NCBI GenBank assembly: GCA_000004695.1
Contig: CH709170.1
Coordinates: forward strand, 1-5,100
DNA length: 5,100 bases
Source of the DNA: Dictyostelium discoideum
Taxonomy: Eukaryota
Reading direction: 5' to 3'
The notes beneath the pieces are model-generated. The model was given only the letters and a program-made list of their open reading frames with translations. It searched no databases and was not told the DNA's origin. The position numbers and the translations under genes were made by a program. Positions 1 to 5,100 of this stretch are shown here, in pieces; within the stretch, counting starts at the first letter, position 1; every line of letters begins with the position of its first letter.

Positions 1-96
1 TTCTTTTAACATTCTAAAAAATTATCTTAAATATTTGGGAAATTCAAATAAATAAATGTTATTCATAATATATATATATATATGATAATATAAATT
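1..96 (-). mobile_element. DIRS-1-type left ITR, outer ~85 bp only (partial, continues past the window start); belongs to a further minus-strand copy nested into ORF1 of the next copy
   Basis: The reverse complement of 14-96 matches the outer end of the ITR at 4684-4770 (atttatattatcat(at)n attatgaataacatttatttatttgaatttcccaaatatttaagataattttttagaatgtt). The match breaks at nt ~13, inside the heat-shock element (gttaaaagaa versus gttctagaac). The ITR terminus (tgataatataaat, 83-95) abuts unrelated sequence at 97. Confidence 0.75.
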
Positions 97-782
97 GGTA
101 AGAGTACTTCAGAACCATAGATTTCTTTTGCGATGTTGTTACGACGGACACGACTAAGCGATGCTTGAGCATTAACAGCTAAGACGATTGCACTCTGAGT
201 TAAGTAACTAATAAGTTCTACATCGACATTAGAGCTATCAGATGATAACATACTTGACATGAGAAGCAAAGGTTTCAAGCTATCGTTGATTCGCTTTTCG
301 ACAATCAACAAGTCAGTATCATTGTTCTTGACGTTGGATGATACAGTAATACCTTCAGGTGTACCGAATGGAGCGACATTCACTTGGAAGTTAGATGGAA
401 AGTTGAATACTTTATTCAATTCGGATATCTCATCTTTCTTGAGGATACATTCTTCTTCGACGAGTAAACCTTGATTGTTTACCATATGTTTGTACTGACC
501 AAGTAAGGTATCGGATAATTGATAATCGGTTGGAACTTCGACATTGTTACTTGATTCATCTTCACTTTGTTCATTCTCGGTGTCAGAGTTATCATGAGAA
601 GGTTGGCTACTTGAATTGGTATTAGAAGAGAACATAGGTTCTTTCATGAATCTTGTAAAGGCTAAGGAAAGGTTGTTGATTTGATCTTCCATTGATTTCA
701 TTCTTAAATCAAAGGATTCAGCGCTATTAGAGGCAGAGGTACTACTACTAGAGGCTTCGTTATTATTAACAGTGGTAGACAT
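97..782 (-). CDS. DIRS-1-type ORF1 (putative Gag-like protein), 5' portion (~228 codons). It is 3'-truncated at ~97 by the nested ITR; the track ORF 63-782 reads through into ITR (AT)n as ...LLPIYIIIYIYIL.
   Basis: ATG at 782 lies 120 bp downstream of the inner end of a left-ITR copy in the same orientation, which is the position of ORF1 in DIRS-1. The product is Ser/Asn/Asp-rich with an acidic N-terminus. The frame is open on one strand only; the opposite-strand ORF 259-474 is a shadow. Confidence 0.6.
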
Positions 783-1056
783 ATTTTATTGTTGATATCT
801 AAAATTATAATATGAGAAAAAAAATAATAATAAAAATTAATAAAGAGAAATAATTATTTGTATAAAATTTGTGTGTGTGTGTATCTTAAATATATATAGG
901 AGGAATTCCCAAATAAAATAAATCAAATTGTTTTAGTTTTTTGTGCCACTATTTATACGTTTTTATTTTCTTAAAAATTTCGCAAAACTCAAAAAAAATA
1001 AGAGTTTTCGACCCTTTACAACTTTGTGCATAGTGTCGGTTCGGAATTTTTCAGAG
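783..1056 (-). mobile_element. DIRS-1-type left end: 5' leader (783-901) plus the inner ~155 bp of the left ITR (902-1056). The outer ~175 bp, including the heat-shock element, is missing.
   Basis: This is the reverse complement of 4862-5100, with 1-2 mismatches per 60 bp. It includes GGAATTCC (902-909) and the (TG)6 microsatellite 870-882, which corresponds to (CA)6 at 5035-5046. Identity stops abruptly at 1056/1057 (..ggaatttttcag|agaaagtaaagc.. versus ..ggaatttttcag|ttttttcgacc..). Confidence 0.8.
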
Positions 1057-1083
1057 AAAGTAAAGCAGGGGAAAACTATATTT

Positions 1084-1086
<3 letters not shown>

Positions 1087-1132
<46 letters not shown>
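1087..1132. repeat. poly(dA)46 homopolymer
   Basis: Uninterrupted A run 1087-1132, preceded by 30 nt of unique sequence that follows the truncated ITR. Confidence 0.95.
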
Positions 1133-1134
<2 letters not shown>

Positions 1135-1159
1135 AATAATTTTGAAAATTTTGATTATA

Positions 1160-1418
1160 TTAATTTATACACACAATTTCATTACCAAAAAATACTTGGT
1201 TATCGGAAATATAAACTTTAAGATTGTGGTTTTTTTCACCTTTTGAATAAATGGCTAAACTGTCAGCTACTTTTGTTCTTGTGTTACTTTTCTTATTACT
1301 TACCCATTTCGTTAACCTTTCAAAAATATTTTGACTGGTACAATCTTCGTTACTACCACCAGCTTGTTTAATTATTCCAGTAATAAAGAAATTTGAAACC
1401 TATTTATTTAAATTTAAT

Positions 1419-1456
<38 letters not shown>

Positions 1457-1720
1457 ATTAATCTGGTAACATACATCGCCATCTGAATAGTATTTACTTT
1501 GACAAACTTTCTGAAGACTTTCGTATTCCAATATGTATGTTACACGTGGGTTTGTGGCTATTTGCACTGTTTCTTGGATTGGTGGAACAGTTGGCCTTGG
1601 AACTCTTCTAATTATTATTCTCTGGTTTTCCATTGGGTTTGGAGCATTTGCATTTCCTAATACATTACCTATTGACAAATTATTAAATGATTCATCTCCG
1701 ATAGAAATATTATTGTTTTA
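1160..1720 (-). pseudogene. Unassigned reading frame of about 186 codons on the minus strand with a single in-frame TAG (1400-1402) and a K10 tract encoded by the dT run. It is either a disrupted gene or an unusual exon.
   Basis: Track ORF 1400-1678(-) is ..NPRVTYILEYESLQKVCQSKYYSDGDVCYQINSL K10 LLNLNK*. The same frame continues after the TAG as VSNFFITGIIKQAGGSNEDCTSQNIFERLTKWVSNKKSNTRTKVADSLAIYSKGEKNHNLKVYISDNQVFFGNEIVCIN*, with stop at 1160-1162. Apart from the internal TAG there are no stops over ~560 nt of ~25% GC DNA, which is unlikely by chance. Codon usage is Dictyostelium-like (A/T third positions). No ATG start was found. Confidence 0.4.
1421..1451. repeat. poly(dT)31 homopolymer, opposed to the A46 run 288 bp upstream
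   Basis: Uninterrupted T run 1421-1451. It is read as K10 by the minus-strand frame. Confidence 0.95.
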
Positions 1721-1913
1721 TCTTCTTTGGATTGGTGATTGGTTAAAATCAGGTACATTACCATTCGGTGCTATAAAATTTGCAGATGAATTCATTTTAA
1801 AAAAATATGTATTGAAATCATTTTGGCTTTTTCAGTCTGCCCGAAAATGAAAAAAAAATAAAAAAAAAAATCATTTTTTACATAACAATGTAAAAATTAT
1901 GTAAAAAAGGTTT

Positions 1914-2360
1914 TTAATTTTTTAATTTTTTATTTTTTGAAGCCGAGAATTTATCGTGGCATTTGTAAATTATAAGGTAATTGGTATCATCAATTTGAAT
2001 TGGTATAACATTATTTAGAATATTATCATATGTAATATAATTTAATTCATTTGAAAGAAAATGGTATTTATTAAATTGGTCACCAACATATTTGTCAAAA
2101 TAATTTAATAATATTGCATGTTTTATTATGTTATCATCCATTTCAATCATTGATATTGAATTGATAATACCTGACCATCTACCTGAAAGTTCATTATCTG
2201 ATGCAACTTCAACTGCATCACCAACATTGTATATTTCTTTATTATTTTTAATTGATGAGTGAAAAGTTATATTTTTATAATTTTGAAATAATGAATCTAA
2301 TTTAATTTTTATGTTATCTAAATTATCTGGATTTTTTATTTTGTATCTGGCGTGGCGGAC
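1914..2360 (-). CDS. Unassigned AT-rich ORF of 148 codons, host-like and N/K/I/D-rich. No ATG before 2150, so it is probably a 5'-truncated exon or fragment that begins exactly at the compositional boundary.
   Basis: The minus-strand frame is open from the TAG at 2361-2363 down to the TAA at 1914-1916: VRHARYKIKNPDNLDNIKIKLDSLFQNYKNITFHSSIKNNKEIYNVGDAVEVASDNELSGRWSGIINSISMIEMDDNIIKHAILLNYFDKY...KNKKLKN*. The track lists only the ATG-initiated part 1914-2150. Confidence 0.4.
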   Translation of the reverse strand, partial: VRHARYKIKNPDNLDNIKIKLDSLFQNYKNITFHSSIKNNKEIYNVGDAVEVASDNELSGRWSGIINSISMIEMDDNIIKHAILLNYFDKYVGDQFNKYHFLSNELNYITYDNILNNVIPIQIDDTNYLIIYKCHDKFSASKNKKLKN

Positions 2361-2430
2361 CTATATGCTAAAGAATACACCAGTTTTTAGGGCATACCTT
2401 AAAAGTTTCGTAACAGCAAAACGATTATTG

Positions 2431-3355
2431 TCAGCAACCTAATCTAGTGCCCTGTACCCCCCTTATTGACTTAATTAGTAAAACGTCTACGATGGACTCA
2501 TGGCCATTAATAGCAACAGCTCCTAGTGCATAATTAATTCTTTTTTGGAAATGGCCATTTTCAACAGCACATTCCAATGCATCATTGATGTTTTTTTGCA
2601 TTGCTCCGACTAATAAGGGTTTAGTAGTACATACAAATCATCTGCTAGGCAGTCTGCAGTAGTTGGGTGATTATTGCTAATAGCCAATTTTAATGCCTCC
2701 CACCTATCTTCTGCTGTAGATGATTTGTCAAAGAGGAACGCAACAATGGCATCATGGCCAAGCATAGCAGTATTTTTTATTTCCTTACCCATTTGTGCTT
2801 CTGGCATCTTTCATAGGAAGAGTTTAATAATCGAGAGGTAACCATGCGCCACATCATTTCAGAATGCTATATTGTGTTGTTCCGTTACCTTATTCGAATC
2901 TAACATGAACTTTACAATAGATATGCGCTCATTCTTGAAAGAAGATCGGGAAGAGCGATTCGGCTATGGTATCTTCTGTTGCCCTATCTAATAAGAACTC
3001 CACGATAAAAATAATTATTCTGTATAGTCGCGATTACGAGGGCCCTATTTATATTTTCTAGTGTAGCATTATTATCTAAACTTAACTTTTGTTCTACAAT
3101 AGAAAGATCATTGTTTCTATCTGCGAAATGTAGTGGTGTTTGTCCAAGATAGTCTTTTGCATTTACATCAGCTCCCTTGTTAAGGAGGAGTTGTATGGCT
3201 CCTTCTAATCTAGCATAATGGAGCGGAGTTCTGCCTCGATGATCTGTTTTGGTTATATTTTCACCTTTTTCTATAGTCAGTTTTACTTTTTCTACTGTTT
3301 GAGTTGTTATCGCTATTTTGATCAAAAAGTTTGATCTCGGTTCGAATTTTGTCTC
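2431..3355 (-). pseudogene. Ankyrin-repeat protein pseudogene with at least 3 frameshifts or stops, in a block of higher GC (~38-40% versus ~22-25% around it)
   Basis: Four ankyrin-repeat segments lie on the minus strand in different frames. Segment 1: HRGRTPLHYARLEGAIQLLLNKGADVNAKDYLGQTPLHFADRNNDLSIVEQKL (track ORF 2984-3325, TTG start is an artefact). Segment 2: ERISIVKFMLDSNKVTEQHNIAF (~2855-2925). Segment 3: AMLGHDAIVAFLFDK..ADCLADDLYVLL (2610-2807). Segment 4: NDALECAVENGHFQKRINYALGAVAINGHESIVDVLL (2434-2592). Segments 3 and 4 are joined only by a 1-nt frame change near 2610-2640. No single frame spans them. Confidence 0.6.
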
Positions 3356-3423
3356 TCAACAGGTTGATTCTTAAAAATCAAGTCTAAACTCATTGGATGC
3401 TTCGTGACTATATCTATATATTT

Positions 3424-3775
3424 AATTAAAAATTTAATTTATTAAATTATATTTTATATTAAATATATATATATATATTATGAATATCATTTATTCATTT
3501 GAATTTCCCAAATATTTAAGATAATTTTTTAGAATGTTCTAGAACATTCGAAGAATAAAAAATTTTCGAAAGAAAAGTAAAAATTTCGAACCGGCACAAT
3601 GACGCGATCATTGTGTAAGGTCGAAAAAACTGAAAAATTCCGAACCGACACTATGCAAAAAGTTGTGAAGGGTCGAAAACTCTTAATTTTTTGAGTTTTG
3701 CGAAATTTTTAAGAAAATAAAAACGTATAAATAGTGGCACTAAAAACTAAAAAACAATTTGATTTATGGAATTCC
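3424..3775 (-). mobile_element. DIRS-1-type right ITR (352 bp). It comprises a ~39-nt terminal extension absent from the left ITR (3424-3462), followed by ~313 bp shared with the left ITR. A 24-bp right-specific spacer (3776-3799) follows.
   Basis: 3463-3775 aligns with 4688-5015 at a few percent divergence, with one 8-nt indel. The shared part ends at GGAATTCC (3768-3775). The outer 57 nt are complemented by the ICR. Confidence 0.8.
3532..3553 (+). promoter_or_regulatory. Heat-shock element in the right ITR, oriented to drive plus-strand transcription, i.e. antisense to the YR gene
   Basis: GAAtgTTCtaGAAcaTTCgaAG is four contiguous alternating nGAAn/nTTCn units. A TATAAATAG is present ~190 bp downstream at 3725-3733. 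Confidence 0.65.
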
Positions 3776-3799
3776 GACTAAGTGCGGATGGGATGGGAC

Positions 3800-3884
3800 T
3801 AATATATATATATATATTTAATATAAAATATAATTTAATAAATTAAATTTTTAATTTATATTATCATATATATATATATATATA
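3800..3884 (-). other. DIRS-1 internal complementary region (ICR), 85 bp: complement of the left-ITR 5' terminus followed by the complement of the right-ITR 3' terminus
   Basis: 3800-3856 is the exact reverse complement of 3424-3480 (57/57), which is the outer tip of the right ITR. 3857-3884 (ttatattatcat(at)n attatgaa) equals the first ~30 nt of the left ITR (4684-4715). It lies immediately after the YR stop at 3885-3887. Confidence 0.8.
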
Positions 3885-4685
3885 TTATGAAATTTGGACG
3901 ACAGTATTTAAGAAACCACCAGATTTTTCACCAATGATTCTTTTATCGTAGAAGGTATCTACAGTATCATTTGATTTCCAACGACCCATCTTCTTGACAA
4001 CGTGGAACGGAACGTTATTGGACAACAGCAGAGAAGCCATAGCGGAACGGGTAGAGTGAGATTTGAACTTGGCAATATCAATGCCTGACTTTGAGAGTGT
4101 TGATAATACAATTGAATTAATATCATTAACTTGGAGCGGTTCACCCTCATTCTTAATAAAGACAGAGTCACCCGAATGGGGCTTTCTTCTTCCTTTAGAG
4201 GCTCTAAGGTATGTTGCAAGGTGGCGAACAGGGCATACTTGAGAGTTTGTATCATCTAACCATGTTAATTCTAAGATTGAAACAACACCACTTCTTTGTT
4301 CTTTAGCATTAATAACTGGACCTTTGATTGAGTCAGTAGTATTAATGAGACCTTTGAACGACCACTTCACCAAGTCTGATGATCTTGCTAAACCAAACTT
4401 TTACAGAGAACAAGTGTCTTGTTTAATAGCGCAGTGTATGTGTACTTAGGGATGACTTTGATAGTAGATAAGTGCTTGAATACTTGGTTTGCATCCCATA
4501 TCTCTTTATACTTTGCAGATGAAGGACGCCACTTGTGAATACCAGTCATTATTCTTGTGATGAATGGATCATTAACAACATCAGTTTGATTCCTAACTGG
4601 AGCTATATACTTTGAGAGTGGAAGGTTCCCAAGACTTCATTAACAGCTCAGCTGTTTTTGTATTTGTTGTACGAGCGAAGGACAT
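3885..4685 (-). pseudogene. DIRS-type tyrosine recombinase (YR), near full length (~266 codons) but split over three frames
   Basis: Frame A (4685-4596): MSFARTTNTKTAELLMKSWEPSTLKVYSSS*. Frame B (4636-4401): ..IMTGIHKWRPSSAKYKEIWDANQVFKHLSTIKVIPKYTYTALLNKTLVLCKSLV*. Frame C (4400-3885; track ORF 3885-4373): FGLARSSDLVKW..SQVCPVRHLATYL..KFKSHSTRSAMASLLLSNNVPFHVVKKMGRWKSNDTVDTFYDK. These contain the YR hallmarks: N-terminal TLKxY, the L..K..LL.L....R.SDL box (broken by the second frameshift), CPV..L..YL, and the catalytic H-x-x-R ... GRW ... Y. Confidence 0.8.
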
Positions 4686-4764
4686 TTATATTATCATATA
4701 TATATATATATTATGAATAACATTTATTTATTTGAATTTCCCAAATATTTAAGATAATTTTTTA

Positions 4765-4786
4765 GAATGTTCTAGAACATTCGAAG
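4765..4786 (+). promoter_or_regulatory. Heat-shock element of the left ITR (sense promoter of the downstream element)
   Basis: gaatgttctagaacattcgaag is identical to the HSE at 3532-3553, with perfect GAA/TTC pentamer phasing. Confidence 0.65.
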
Positions 4787-4958
4787 AATAAAAAATTTTC
4801 GAAAGAAAAGTAAAAATTTCGAACCGGCACAATGACGCGATCATTGCACAAGGTCGAAAAAACTGAAAAATTCCGAACCGACACTATGCACAAAGTTGTG
4901 AAGGGTCGAAAACTCTTATTTTTTTGAGTTTTGCGAAATTTTTAAGAAAATAAAAACG

Positions 4959-4967
4959 TATAAATAG
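4959..4967 (+). promoter_or_regulatory. TATA-like box (TATAAATAG) inside the left ITR
   Basis: It lies in a GC-poor context ~45 bp upstream of the ITR inner end. Its distance from the HSE (~175 bp) is longer than in typical heat-shock promoters, so the assignment is tentative. Confidence 0.3.
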
Positions 4968-5100
4968 TGGCACTAAAAACTAAAAACAATTTGATTTATT
5001 TTATTTGGGAATTCCTCCTATATATATTTAAGATACACACACACACAAATTTTATACAAATAATTATTTCTCTTTATTAATTTTTAATATTATTATTTTT

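Larger units (their letters stand above)
3424..4685 (-). mobile_element. 3' portion of a DIRS-1-type element on the minus strand: YR gene, ICR and right ITR. Left ITR, ORF1 and the RT/RNase H/methyltransferase region are absent (5'-truncated or internally deleted derivative).
   Basis: The order and orientation of YR, ICR and right ITR match the DIRS-1 3' end, and the ICR complements both ITR termini (see the component features). The upstream boundary at 4684/4685 is the outer terminus of an opposite-strand left ITR. Confidence 0.75.
4684..5015 (+). mobile_element. DIRS-1-type left ITR, complete (332 bp), plus-strand orientation. 5016-5100 is the 5' leader of a plus-strand element that continues beyond the window end.
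   Basis: It starts with atttatattatcat(at)n attatgaata, the same terminus as the copies at 96 and 3857. It contains the HSE, an internal ~48-bp imperfect tandem duplication (4815-4862 / 4866-4912), TATAAATAG (4959-4967), GGAATTCC (5008-5015), then (CA)6. The inner 239 bp are repeated in reverse at 783-1056. Confidence 0.8.

Noticed and set aside
259-474. 71-aa plus-strand ORF inside ORF1
   Set aside because: It lies antisense to the much longer minus-strand ORF1 frame, and has a hydrophobic, leucine-rich composition typical of a shadow ORF.
943-1221. 92-aa plus-strand ORF with a K15 tract
   Set aside because: It spans the ITR remnant, the A46 homopolymer and AT-rich spacer. It is an artefact of the homopolymer.
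1251-1334. ATG-initiated 27-codon signal-peptide-like ORF (MAKLSATFVLVLLFLLLTHFVNLSKIF) on the plus strand
   Set aside because: It is too short, and the opposite strand carries a continuous ~80-codon frame through the same bases. The ATGG/GTAAGTAAT motif on the minus strand at ~1240-1255 looked like a start plus intron donor, but nothing supports it.
1533-1850. 105-aa hydrophobic plus-strand ORF
   Set aside because: It overlaps the longer minus-strand frame. Its F/L/I/W-rich composition is what the antisense of N/K/E-rich Dictyostelium coding sequence produces. A real small membrane protein cannot be fully excluded.
3330-3360. GGTTCGAAT T-loop-like motif (also ttcgaacc inside the ITR repeats)
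   Set aside because: No acceptor, D or anticodon stems can be drawn on either strand, so it is not a tRNA.
3959-4255. 98-aa minus-strand ORF in an alternative frame inside the YR gene
   Set aside because: Considered as a possible overlapping RT/ORF3 frame, as in canonical DIRS-1. It is low-complexity and has no RT motifs.
4683-4685. ATG of the YR frame overlapping the left-ITR terminus by 2 nt, as a possible real YR start codon
   Set aside because: The upstream codon is a TAA created by the ITR terminus, so the ATG may be coincidental at a junction. It is 24 codons before the TLKVY motif, so it could equally be the native start. This is undecidable from the sequence alone.
1-5100. Repeated ~300-bp units with intervening unique sequence, possibly CRISPR-like
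   Set aside because: The repeats are far too long, in mixed orientation and irregularly spaced. The sequence is eukaryotic and the repeats are retrotransposon ITRs.

Overview
The window is AT-rich, eukaryotic-looking DNA with Dictyostelium-like composition and codon usage, and long dA/dT homopolymers. Its main content is a nested cluster of DIRS-1-type retrotransposon fragments. DIRS-1 is the tyrosine-recombinase (YR) retrotransposon of Dictyostelium, which has inverted terminal repeats (ITRs) carrying a heat-shock promoter. Three ITR-derived segments are visible (1-96, 902-1056, 4684-5015), plus a right-ITR variant at 3424-3775. Each ITR carries, or once carried, a near-perfect heat-shock element GAAnnTTCnnGAAnnTTC. 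The 5' part of a Gag-like ORF1 lies on the minus strand at 97-782. A nearly full-length but frameshifted YR gene lies on the minus strand at 3885-4685. It is followed directly by an 85-bp internal complementary region (ICR) whose two halves are exact complements of the two ITR termini; this is the DIRS-1 hallmark and lets the element ends be placed to the base. No RT/RNase H/methyltransferase coding is present in the window. Between the DIRS pieces there are three other blocks. (i) A pair of opposed homopolymers, A46 and T31, brackets 288 bp and is crossed on the minus strand by a roughly 186-codon frame with one in-frame TAG. (ii) An AT-rich minus-strand ORF lies at 1914-2360. (iii) A roughly 1-kb block of clearly higher GC (2345-3420) carries a multiply frameshifted ankyrin-repeat pseudogene on the minus strand and abuts the DIRS right-ITR terminus. 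All coding-like frames in the window are on the minus strand. The ORF track treats TTG/GTG as starts, so several 'M' starts are artefacts. I see no CRISPR, rRNA or convincing tRNA. Everything is inferred by eye from the sequence; no database search was run.
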